From positions 970 through 64,969 of the forward strand of contig WJJS01000009.1 in assembly GCA_014729505.1 (NCBI GenBank): 64,000 bases of DNA, read 5' to 3'. Every line of letters begins with the position of its first letter. Position 1 is the stretch's first letter. Under the pieces are notes generated by a model, which saw only the letters and a program-made list of their open reading frames with translations, made no database searches and had not been told where the DNA came from. The position numbers were made by a program, and so were the translations under genes. This document shows, in pieces, positions 8,674-17,585 of this stretch. This DNA comes from Candidatus Woesearchaeota archaeon. GTDB taxonomy: Archaea > Nanobdellota > Nanobdellia > Woesearchaeales > ARS49.

Positions 8674-9459
8674 CTACTTCTTCCAACTCGAACACACCTC
8701 ACACTGTCCACACCCTTTTGGAGACACATTGGAGAGAAGCAAAGCATTAATTTGCGCAATGAGATACCTCACCTTCTTTTGCAAAAAAGGATTCACAAAC
8801 ACATATCGTTCCTGATCATGCAATAAATAATGAATAACACCCCGAGACACAGCACCATTCGTTTTCTCAGCAAGCATCATCGCATACGCAACCACCTGAA
8901 TCTGATGATGCTCCCAGGCATGCTCCTTTGGCGGAACGCTCGTCTTAAACTCAATAGGAACAGGAACATCATCACACCATTCCACCTGATCCACACGTCC
9001 CTTAAGACCAAGGGACGAGGATTCCAGAGAAAACTCAGAAGAAGTACGCTCTCGAATAGCATCCCACAGTAACTCGCCATTAGCGCCCTGTTGGACAAGC
9101 TCAAAAGCACGAGTTGCTCGACGAAGAGCAAACGAGGACAGTATAGGACGAGCTTTCTTATACGTCTCCAAGAGTGCCAAACCCGTTTGTTTCATCAATA
9201 ATTTATGGCGTACAATAATGGATGAAAGCGATCTACTATACTTTTTCACATACTTTTTGTGAATACTCTTCACATCATCGCCAGCACTAACCAAACGCAA
9301 CACATCACCCCCAGTCTTTACAATACACTCCACCAATTCATGAGCAATAGTGCCAAACAACATGCTGGCCGTCTTCGTCGGAACATAACCTAACTTTTTT
9401 CTTGCATAGACTTGCAAAGGACAATACATAAAAGTAGGTAAATCAGTAACGAGGAGCAT
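8674..9459 (-). CDS. Cas4-like PD-(D/E)XK nuclease (DUF83/RecB-like), stand-alone
   Basis: N-terminal Cys (YCPLQVY), nuclease motifs GRVDQV...IEFKTS, QIQVVAYAMML (QxxxY) and a C-terminal Cys cluster CGQCEVC. The start is moved to the internal ATG at 9459, because the longer ORF would overlap tyrS and the promoter. Confidence 0.6.
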   Translation of the reverse strand: MLLVTDLPTFMYCPLQVYARKKLGYVPTKTASMLFGTIAHELVECIVKTGGDVLRLVSAGDDVKSIHKKYVKKYSRSLSSIIVRHKLLMKQTGLALLETYKKARPILSSFALRRATRAFELVQQGANGELLWDAIRERTSSEFSLESSSLGLKGRVDQVEWCDDVPVPIEFKTSVPPKEHAWEHHQIQVVAYAMMLAEKTNGAVSRGVIHYLLHDQERYVFVNPFLQKKVRYLIAQINALLLSNVSPKGCGQCEVCSSWKK

Positions 9460-9481
9460 GCGAGCGAGGAGTTCCGACACG

Positions 9482-9489
9482 TTTAAATA
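9482..9489. promoter_or_regulatory. shared TATA box (tttaaata) between divergent Cas4-like gene and tyrS
   Basis: The box centre is 26.5 nt from the ATG at 9459 (-) and 26.5 nt from the ATG at 9512 (+). Confidence 0.5.
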
Positions 9490-9511
9490 GATTATGTTAC
9501 CAGAAGAAACC

Positions 9512-10528
9512 ATGAATGAACAAGAACGATTCGATCTTATCGCGCGCAACACCGAAGAGATCATACAAGACGAAGAACTAATCGCATTACTTAGAAAAAA
9601 ACAACCAGTCGTCTACCTCGGCACAGCAATAACAGGAAGACCACACGTAGGATACTTTGTCTGGGTCCTGAAACTCGCAGACTTTCTACAAGCAGGATTT
9701 AAAGTGAAACTTCTACTCGCAGACCTGCACGGAGCTCTTGACGGAACTGCTTGGGACGTGCTTGATCACCGATTCCAGTACTACGCACACATCATACCGC
9801 TCATGTTTGAAGCAGTTGGCGCAGACATAAATAACGTAGAACTCGTGCGAGGATCGGACTTTCAACTGCAAAAAAAATACTTCTTTGACCTTCTCAAACT
9901 TTCAACACTTACAAGCGTGCACGACGCAACAAAAGCAGCAAGCGAAGTCGTTAAAATGGGTTCAAGCCCAAAAATGGCAGGCATTCTTTACCCGCTTATG
10001 CAAACACTCGACGAAGAATACCTTGACGTCGACGTACAATACGGAGGAATCGATCAACGAAAAATATTGGTCTATGCACGAGAATTTCTACCAAAACTCG
10101 GGTACCGCAACAGAGTAGAAGTGATGACACCACTGATACCAGGATTGATAGGAAAAAAAATGAGCGCTTCAGATCCACGAAGCAAAATCGACCTCCTTGA
10201 CGATGAAGAAACTACAAATAAAAAGATAAAGGATGCGTATTGTGAAGCAGGAATTATCGAAGATAATGGATTGCTCGCGTTTCTCAAATACGTCATCATG
10301 ACCATCAAACAAGACAATAATAACGCCTTTATCGTCGAGCGACCGGAGAAATTCGGCGGTAATCTAACCTACAACACATACGAAGAACTCGAAAAAGATT
10401 TTGTTGAAAAGAAACTACACCCACTGGATTTGAAAACAGCAGTTGCACGAGAAATAAACAATCTACTACGTCCATTTCGAAGAGAACAAAAGAAACTACA
10501 AGAACTCTCCACTACTGCATATTCTTAA
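9512..10528 (+). CDS. tyrS: tyrosyl-tRNA synthetase (archaeal type)
   Basis: Class I motifs TGRPHVGY (HIGH-like) and KMSAS (KMSKS), plus LLLADLHGALD. The N-terminus MNEQERFDLIARNTEEII resembles archaeal TyrRS starts. The ORF-track start at 9494 is only 4 nt from the TATA box. Confidence 0.85.
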   Translation: MNEQERFDLIARNTEEIIQDEELIALLRKKQPVVYLGTAITGRPHVGYFVWVLKLADFLQAGFKVKLLLADLHGALDGTAWDVLDHRFQYYAHIIPLMFEAVGADINNVELVRGSDFQLQKKYFFDLLKLSTLTSVHDATKAASEVVKMGSSPKMAGILYPLMQTLDEEYLDVDVQYGGIDQRKILVYAREFLPKLGYRNRVEVMTPLIPGLIGKKMSASDPRSKIDLLDDEETTNKKIKDAYCEAGIIEDNGLLAFLKYVIMTIKQDNNNAFIVERPEKFGGNLTYNTYEELEKDFVEKKLHPLDLKTAVAREINNLLRPFRREQKKLQELSTTAYS

Positions 10529-11951
10529 AAAACTCCACCATCAAATGAACACCAAAACCAGTAGCACCCTTTTGACGATAACCAACAGATTTATCAAAAT
10601 ACGCGGTACCAGCAATATCAAGATGAGCCCATGCATTCTCCTCGACAAAGTTGCTAAGAAAACCAGCAGCAGTTGCAGAACCAGCCCATCGCGCATCAGC
10701 CAGATTCTTCAAATCAGAAATATCCCCCTTCATAGCCTCAATATACTCATCATATAAAGGCATAGGCCATACACGATCAGTACTAATTTCTGCAGCATCA
10801 ACAAGAGCATCAACAAGAGACCTGTCCTTTTTCTTTGCAAACACACCAGCAGCTTCATGACCAAGAGCAACAAGCATCGCACCAGTAAGCGTTGCAAAAT
10901 CAATAATCTGCTTTGGTTTACACTGACACGCGTAACTCAAAGCATCAGCCAAAATAATCCTCCCCTCAGCATCGGTATTGACAATCTCCACTGTCTTTCC
11001 ACTATAGGTCGTGACAATATCATCAGGATGATAAGAGTCTTTTGACACTGCATTTTCACATGTTGGGACAAGACCAATAATATTAACGCGAAGACCCAAT
11101 TCACTAATAGCCTTCAACGCGCCGAGAACCGTGGCAGCACCAGCCATATCCATTTTCATAGTTTTCATATGAGGACCAGTCTTAATATTCAGGCCGCCGG
11201 TATCAAAAGTGATGCCTTTTCCGACGAGAACAGTGGGTTTTCCCTTTCCCTTAAGATACTTAAGAATCAACAGTTTTGGAGGATCAGAAGCACCGCGACT
11301 CACCGCAAGAATGCCGCCCATTTTATGTTTTTCCAATTCCTTTTTGTTCCAAACTTGCACATCAACACCTGAAGCGGTTAATGAGCGGGCCCATTGTTCC
11401 ATCACCATCGTCGTCTTCTGCAACGGCGGCGTATTCACAAGATCTTTGACAAAATTAGTCGCACGAGCAATACACCTCGCTTCTTTAATGTCCTTGTCAC
11501 CCACTTTTGCATAAAGAGCAATTTCTTCAATCCTCTTAATTTTACTCTTGTCAGTCTTATACATCCCATACTCATACAAACCCAATTCAAGACCAAGAAC
11601 TACTGCCGTGGCATTCAAGTACTCTACACCCGGCTCCACATACACTCCTACACGCTTCACATCAAGAGATCGGCATTGCTGAGCAGCTTTAGCAATCATA
11701 TTTTTGACCAGCGAAGAATCTGCCTTATCGCGAGCTCCAAGACCAACTATCACCACATGCTTTGGCGTAATCACACCAAGAGTTTTTGTACACAACAATT
11801 TACCGGATTCGGCCTTCCATCCCTGAACAAGCGCATTATTACACGCCTTATCAAGTGCGTCAAGAACACCGCTTTTCTGCTCAAAAACAGGAATAATAAT
11901 AGCATCACCATCATACGACAGTACATCACCTTTTTTGACAATAATTTTCAT
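10512..11951 (-). CDS. pepA: leucyl aminopeptidase (peptidase M17)
   Basis: M17 signature NTDAEGRIILADAL and metal-ligand context VGKGITFDTGG. The start is set at ATG 11951 (MKIIVKKGD), about 26 nt from a TATA box (ttttatag on the - strand). Confidence 0.85.
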   Translation of the reverse strand: MKIIVKKGDVLSYDGDAIIIPVFEQKSGVLDALDKACNNALVQGWKAESGKLLCTKTLGVITPKHVVIVGLGARDKADSSLVKNMIAKAAQQCRSLDVKRVGVYVEPGVEYLNATAVVLGLELGLYEYGMYKTDKSKIKRIEEIALYAKVGDKDIKEARCIARATNFVKDLVNTPPLQKTTMVMEQWARSLTASGVDVQVWNKKELEKHKMGGILAVSRGASDPPKLLILKYLKGKGKPTVLVGKGITFDTGGLNIKTGPHMKTMKMDMAGAATVLGALKAISELGLRVNIIGLVPTCENAVSKDSYHPDDIVTTYSGKTVEIVNTDAEGRIILADALSYACQCKPKQIIDFATLTGAMLVALGHEAAGVFAKKKDRSLVDALVDAAEISTDRVWPMPLYDEYIEAMKGDISDLKNLADARWAGSATAAGFLSNFVEENAWAHLDIAGTAYFDKSVGYRQKGATGFGVHLMVEFFKNMQ

Positions 11952-12038
11952 ACCACACAAAAAAATAAAACACCTATAAAAGCGTTCTGTTACCACCACC
12001 ACAAGTTTTAAATACCGTCGGGGGCTTTTTAAGCAACC

Positions 12039-13160
12039 ATGAAAGGAGACGGCGTATATTACTCATACACGGCTGATGCCAGCGGATCAGAAGAAGAAAA
12101 CAGAATACTTCGAGAAAGCGTACAAAACCTTGAACGAGAAATTGAAAAATACAAGCGAAGCCCTCTACTTGTATGTGAAGTAAAGGACCTTGTTGGAAAA
12201 CAAGCACTTATACGACTGCCAAACAGCAGCGAGTTTCTCGTCGAAATCAGTGCAGATTGCGACACACTACACCCTGGAGACACCGTTCTAGCAGAACAAA
12301 AAAGTCTTACCATTATCAAAAAAATACCACAATCAAAAAAATTCGACGTATCACGATTTCTCATCGTTGAAAAACCAAAAATTACCTGGAAAAACATTGG
12401 AGGACTCGACGAACAAGTCCAAGAAGTCACAGAAGTTATCGAACTACCACTCAAAAAACCAAAATTGTTCAAAAAAATAGGCATTGAACCACCAAAAGGA
12501 ATACTCCTTCATGGCCCGCCAGGAACAGGAAAGACAATGCTTGCAAAAGCAGTCGCACACAGTACAGACAGTTCATTTATCCAAGTCGTCGGATCAGAAC
12601 TCGTACAAAAATTCATTGGAGAAGGAGCAAAACTCGTCAAAGAAATGTTTGAACTCGCACGAGAACAAGCACCAACAATCATATTTATCGATGAAATCGA
12701 CGCGATAGGAGCAAAAAGAATAGATCTTGGAACAAGCGGTGAACGAGAAGTACAACGAACCTTTATGCAACTTCTTGCAGAAATAGATGGTTTCAAACCA
12801 TTAGATAACGTAAAAATTATTGGATGTACAAACCGCAAAGACATCCTTGATGAAGCATTACTACGACCGGGAAGACTTGACCGATTAATCTATGTGCCGC
12901 TGCCAGATGAAGCAGGAAGAAAAGAAATTTTTTCAATACATTCAAAGAAGGTATGCATGGAACGCGTACGAAAAGATTTGATCATCAAAAAAATGAATGG
13001 ATTATCAGGAGCCGATATCAAATCAGTCATCACAGAAGCAGGATACCTGGCAATTCGAGATTCTCGACATAAAATAAGTGAAAAAGACTTACTATTAGCG
13101 ATTGAAAAAGTAAAAAGCAAACACGAAGAAAACCACGAACATCTTATGATGTTTGGATAA
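12039..13160 (+). CDS. pan: proteasome-activating nucleotidase-type AAA+ ATPase (PAN)
   Basis: N-terminal coiled coil, OB segment, Walker A GPPGTGKT, Walker B IIFIDEID and a second region of homology. TATA ttttaaat lies about 27 nt upstream. Confidence 0.8.
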   Translation: MKGDGVYYSYTADASGSEEENRILRESVQNLEREIEKYKRSPLLVCEVKDLVGKQALIRLPNSSEFLVEISADCDTLHPGDTVLAEQKSLTIIKKIPQSKKFDVSRFLIVEKPKITWKNIGGLDEQVQEVTEVIELPLKKPKLFKKIGIEPPKGILLHGPPGTGKTMLAKAVAHSTDSSFIQVVGSELVQKFIGEGAKLVKEMFELAREQAPTIIFIDEIDAIGAKRIDLGTSGEREVQRTFMQLLAEIDGFKPLDNVKIIGCTNRKDILDEALLRPGRLDRLIYVPLPDEAGRKEIFSIHSKKVCMERVRKDLIIKKMNGLSGADIKSVITEAGYLAIRDSRHKISEKDLLLAIEKVKSKHEENHEHLMMFG

Positions 13161-15576
13161 TTTCAAAAACAAAAGACTCTTCTACTGGTCCAGATTTTAT
13201 CTCTTCTGTAAAGGTATACTGAATATCCTGTGCCTTAATAGTGCCCTTTACATCATCAACAATCAATAACCATTCATCCTCTTGAAGAGGTCCGACAATA
13301 CGAGCAGTAACAGGCGTTTTAAGAGACACTTTCTTTTCCGACTTATACTTACGCGCCGCTTCAATAACCTGTACCGCGAAATCACCAATCTTTTCAGCTT
13401 GTTCATCGACTAAAAAATCATCAGCAGCAGGCCACGAAGTCACATGAACGCTCTTAATCTTCTTATCAGACCAATAATATTTGTGATACAATTCTTCAGT
13501 AATGTGAGGCATGATAGGAGCGAACAATTGCAGCACCGAAAACAACGCATGATAAAGCCCGTATTGCGCTGCAGGTTTTTGATCCGCTCTTTTCTCATCA
13601 TAAAACCGATCCTTTACAATCTCCAAATACAAATCACAAAACTGATGCCAAAAGAACTGTTCAGTATGCGCTTTTGGACGACTATAATCATATTCCTTCC
13701 ATTGTTTTGTCGAAGAGACAATCAACTTATGCAACTTTGTCATCAACCACCTATCAATAGTGGTTAATTCAGGCTTTGAGGCGCGATCAAAATCACTCAA
13801 TTGCATAAATACAAAACGAGCGGCATTGTAGAGCTTTACCAGCAATTTCTGTCCTGTAGCAACATCCTTTTCCTGATAACGCAAATCCTCCCCTAATTTT
13901 GTTTCTGCAGCCCAAAAACGAAAAGCATCAGCACTGTATTTTTTAATCACATCTTGAGCAACAATAAAATTACCTGCACTCTTTGAAATCTTCTTACCCT
14001 TCTCATCCAAACCATGACCTGAAATCATAATATCGTTCCACGGCACCCTTTTATGATGAAAATAACTCTTTACGATCGTATAGAAAGCCCATGTCCTGAT
14101 AATGTCATGAGCCTGAGGACGAAGAGACATAGGCAAAAAATTCTTCCTCTCCTTGCCGCCCCAATCAGCATTAATTTCAGGAGTAAGAGAAGAAGTCATC
14201 CACGTATCCATGACGTCCATTTCAGGACTGATCTTTGTTGAACCACACGTACACGATCCTTTTGGATACTGTTCCTCTCGAGGATCAACAGGCAATTGGG
14301 ATTCATCAGGCAAAAGCACTTTTGAACACTCATCACAATACCAGACCGGAAAAGGAACACCAAAGTATCGCTGACGAGAAATGCCCCAGTTCCACTTTAA
14401 ATTCTGCACCCAATGTTCATAACGCACACGCATATGATCAGGATACCAGTTCACCTTTCGCCCCTGAGCAATAAGCCGATCCTTTTGATCAAGAACCTTT
14501 ATCTGCCATTGTTTTTGACGCAAAAACTCAACAGGAGTCTTGCACCGTTCATGCACATTAACAACCTGATTTATGCTTTCCTCTCGCTCAATAACATTTT
14601 CCGCCCTCCACTCCGACAGCACGGCCTTTCGCGCTTCAAGAGCAGTCATTCCCTCATACTTTCCTGCAAATTCATTGAGCGTTCCATCAGGATTAAGAAT
14701 AATTTTTACTTCAAGTTCTGGATGCTTTGCTACAAATTCAATATCATTCATATCACCAAAAGGACACCAATACACGACTCCAGAACCAAAATCCATCTTT
14801 GTCATCTCATCAGCGAGGATCGGCACCTCTGCATGACTGCCAGGAATAACAGCCGTCTTTCCCACGAGATGCTCATAGCGCTTATCAGAGGGATGAACAG
14901 TAATAGCGATACACGCCATCATCAATTCAGGACGAGTAGTTGCAAACGTGACAAACTCTTCAGTGCCCTTCACGTTCGCTTTTACGTGGTAGAGAGTTCC
15001 TGATCTTTCAAGATCATCAAGATCTGCCTGGGCAATAGTTGTTTGACAAAACGTACACCACATCGTAGGCCTATCAGTTCGCTCCAAATACCTCTTTTTA
15101 TGCAAATCAAGAAAACTCAACTGAGCTACGCGACGAGCCCTAGGACCGATAGTCTGATACAACAAACTCCAATCAATAGAAAAACCCAATTGCGTAAACA
15201 AATCATAATAATTCTTCCCTGCCTTTTTTGTCTCTTCCAAACACAAGGCAATAAATTCTTTTCTACTAACCTTAGACTTATCAACATGATGCACTTTCTC
15301 AACATACCGTTCAGTAGGAAGACCATTATCATCATAACCCATAGGAAAAAACACGTTCTTTCCAAGCATACGCTGAAAACGAGCAATAAACTCAAACTGA
15401 GAATAATGCATACCATGACCTACATGTAAATGAGCGGCAGAAGCATACGGAGGCGGCGTATCAATAGAATACACTTCCTTGTCGGCATTTTGATCAAAAG
15501 AAAAAACGTTATTCTTTTTCCAATACTCCTGCCATTTCGCTTCAGTTTCATGAGGATTATACTGATCCTTAGCCAT
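13144..15576 (-). CDS. valS: valyl-tRNA synthetase
   Basis: 810 aa class Ia synthetase. Motifs DTPPPYASAAHLHVGH (HIGH), KISKSAGN (KMSKS), WGISRQRYFGVPFPVWYC and DVMDTWMTSSL. Size and motifs fit archaeal ValRS better than Ile/LeuRS. Confidence 0.8.
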   Translation of the reverse strand: MAKDQYNPHETEAKWQEYWKKNNVFSFDQNADKEVYSIDTPPPYASAAHLHVGHGMHYSQFEFIARFQRMLGKNVFFPMGYDDNGLPTERYVEKVHHVDKSKVSRKEFIALCLEETKKAGKNYYDLFTQLGFSIDWSLLYQTIGPRARRVAQLSFLDLHKKRYLERTDRPTMWCTFCQTTIAQADLDDLERSGTLYHVKANVKGTEEFVTFATTRPELMMACIAITVHPSDKRYEHLVGKTAVIPGSHAEVPILADEMTKMDFGSGVVYWCPFGDMNDIEFVAKHPELEVKIILNPDGTLNEFAGKYEGMTALEARKAVLSEWRAENVIEREESINQVVNVHERCKTPVEFLRQKQWQIKVLDQKDRLIAQGRKVNWYPDHMRVRYEHWVQNLKWNWGISRQRYFGVPFPVWYCDECSKVLLPDESQLPVDPREEQYPKGSCTCGSTKISPEMDVMDTWMTSSLTPEINADWGGKERKNFLPMSLRPQAHDIIRTWAFYTIVKSYFHHKRVPWNDIMISGHGLDEKGKKISKSAGNFIVAQDVIKKYSADAFRFWAAETKLGEDLRYQEKDVATGQKLLVKLYNAARFVFMQLSDFDRASKPELTTIDRWLMTKLHKLIVSSTKQWKEYDYSRPKAHTEQFFWHQFCDLYLEIVKDRFYDEKRADQKPAAQYGLYHALFSVLQLFAPIMPHITEELYHKYYWSDKKIKSVHVTSWPAADDFLVDEQAEKIGDFAVQVIEAARKYKSEKKVSLKTPVTARIVGPLQEDEWLLIVDDVKGTIKAQDIQYTFTEEIKSGPVEESFVFEIIQTS

Positions 15577-15726
15577 AAAAAGAAAAAAACTAGAAGCTGT
15601 TTAAAAGGTTTTGCACGCGCTCGGCTTTCCAATTTTTGTCATTGCCCTTAGGCTCCAATGGGATTCACCTCGTCATCGCGCTCTATGCAAGAACAAAATA
15701 GAAAAAAAGTGCTCTTAAAGCTTTCG

Positions 15727-16554
15727 TCAATTCGTTACATAAAAATCAAAACAAAGACGAAATACATAAGGAGAATACTGGCCGGCTTTAACCACGCGCA
15801 CAAAGCGAATAGTACGTCCCAGACCCCTGCATATCGATCTTATTTTTTCCTTTATCTGTTCTATTTCGTTTAATGCAGCGAAATGATACAGATGAATAAT
15901 TGTTCCCTTACAAGCGACTTTGAGCGCATCATCAAGAAAATCCTCAGCATCCTTAGGTAAAGGCATAATAATTCGATCAAAAGTTTGTCCAAGAGTTGGC
16001 ATCACCGTCTTAACATCACCATTGACAAGTGTGATCTTATCCTCTAATTTATTCAATTGTACATTATCAAGAGCGAACTGGTGAGCAAGAGGATTCATCT
16101 CGATACCAACAATATGTGCAGGTTGGGCATTACGTGCAATCACCAGCGGAAACGGAGCAATACCTGAAAACATCACCACAATGTTCTCACCGTTTTTTAC
16201 CAACGAGGCAATACGCATCCGTTCTGTTGCAGAACGTGCACTAAAGTAGGTCTTTTCAAGATGCAGCTTGAGACGCACACCATTTTCCTTATGCACAGTA
16301 GTTTTACGTCGAAGACCTGCAAGAATACGATACTCCTGCAAACGAAACTTTCCCTTATGAATGCCGTGTTTTTTTACCACCACCTTGATATGCTTTACAA
16401 GATCAAGAAGAGTTTGAGCAATAAGCCTCTCCTTTTTCTTCAGTTCATCGGGAATTTCAATAATAGCAATATCACCCACTACATCATAACTTGTGGGACA
16501 TACTTCAAGCTGCTTTTTTGTCAACACATTTTTTAACGCATCACGAAATTTCAT
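15727..16554 (-). CDS. trm5: tRNA (guanine37-N1)-methyltransferase Trm5/Taw22 family (Met-10+ like)
   Basis: Motifs YDVVGDIAIIEIPDEL, FSARSATERMRI, SAM-binding VVMFSGIAPFPL and GIEMNPLAHQ...DRIIMPLP. There is a TAATG overlap with the fen stop codon. Confidence 0.75.
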   Translation of the reverse strand: MKFRDALKNVLTKKQLEVCPTSYDVVGDIAIIEIPDELKKKERLIAQTLLDLVKHIKVVVKKHGIHKGKFRLQEYRILAGLRRKTTVHKENGVRLKLHLEKTYFSARSATERMRIASLVKNGENIVVMFSGIAPFPLVIARNAQPAHIVGIEMNPLAHQFALDNVQLNKLEDKITLVNGDVKTVMPTLGQTFDRIIMPLPKDAEDFLDDALKVACKGTIIHLYHFAALNEIEQIKEKIRSICRGLGRTIRFVRVVKAGQYSPYVFRLCFDFYVTN

Positions 16555-17585
16555 TACAAAAAACTATCCAGACTACTCTGCTCCTTTTTTTTACGAACAG
16601 CAGACAATTCATTGAGCGTTTTGTCAACACGTTGCTCACTAAAGGAACGATCACATACAAGAAACTCCCTGAGCTCTTTAGGACAAAAAGGGGGTGTGAC
16701 TATCTCAACTGGCGATTCAACATTTGGAGCCACAAATAATTCAAAAACCTCTGTCCACTTCACATCAACGTGTTCATCCCAGTTTACCGCTTTAAACACC
16801 TCATCAATCGATGAAGATTCCTGTACAAGTTTCAAAGCCTTCTTAGGACCAAGACCCTTAATACCTCCAGGAACATAATCAGTACCGACAAGCATCGCCA
16901 CAACAATTAATTGTTCTCTTGAAACACCCAACTTCTTGAGATTCTCCTCAAGATCAATACACAAAGGCTTCACTGTTACCGTACCCAGCTTACCCATTTT
17001 TTTCCTCTTTCCAGCAATAGACAAATTCTGAACAAGACGGGGAGTACCATAGAGCAGACTATCATAATCTTGACTGCCAACAGCCCACACCCTATTTTGA
17101 GATGCTAACACAGCAGCTTGAGCCTCACCTTCGCCAGGAGCCTGCACCACCGCTACACCAAGCAAACGCAACACCTGCTTTGCATCAGCAATCATTTCTG
17201 CAGAAAGATAAGAGGTGCGAGAAGCAAACTTTTTCATCGCCTCAGCATCACCAGCCTCTACAGCCTCTTCATATTTTCTCTGCGCTTCTGCCTTTTGTTC
17301 TCTGCGCTTTTGGCGCTCCTCATGTTTAAGAACTGGGGGCTTTCCATCAAAAACAAACACCGGCGTAATACCCTCGACGAGCAAACGACTCACACGAGAA
17401 AACACTCCAATAAGATGACTGGTCACATGACCCTTACTATCCATTAACAATTGCCCATCAGAAGTGCGAATAGAAGAGAGAAACTGAAAAAGAATATTAA
17501 ACGCATCAATAGCAATTATCTTACCAGATAGATCAGAAAGTGCAATTTCACGACGGATCAGCAGATCCCTAAGGTTCACCCCCAT
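16554..17585 (-). CDS. fen: flap endonuclease 1
   Basis: MGVNLRDLL...IAIDAFNILFQFLSSIR...ITPVFVFDGKPPVLK N-domain, I-domain GEGEAQAA, H3TH region and a C-terminal PIP-like QSSLDSFL. Confidence 0.9.
   Translation of the reverse strand: MGVNLRDLLIRREIALSDLSGKIIAIDAFNILFQFLSSIRTSDGQLLMDSKGHVTSHLIGVFSRVSRLLVEGITPVFVFDGKPPVLKHEERQKRREQKAEAQRKYEEAVEAGDAEAMKKFASRTSYLSAEMIADAKQVLRLLGVAVVQAPGEGEAQAAVLASQNRVWAVGSQDYDSLLYGTPRLVQNLSIAGKRKKMGKLGTVTVKPLCIDLEENLKKLGVSREQLIVVAMLVGTDYVPGGIKGLGPKKALKLVQESSSIDEVFKAVNWDEHVDVKWTEVFELFVAPNVESPVEIVTPPFCPKELREFLVCDRSFSEQRVDKTLNELSAVRKKKEQSSLDSFL

Noticed and set aside
9460-9564. N-terminal 35-aa extension of the Cas4-like ORF, and the 9494 start of tyrS.
   Set aside because: The extension would run across the shared TATA box and overlap tyrS. 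The internal ATGs at 9459 and 9512 sit symmetrically 26.5 nt from the box, and the tyrS N-terminus then matches archaeal TyrRS starts.
15577-15726. 150-nt spacer between valS and trm5 examined for a small RNA or small ORF (includes listed ORF 15658-15873).
   Set aside because: Only weak 5-bp hairpins are present. The listed ORF mostly overlaps trm5 antisense and is low-complexity. The spacer is adequately explained by the valS promoter (tttaaa box about 27 nt from the ATG at 15576) and the trm5 3' end.
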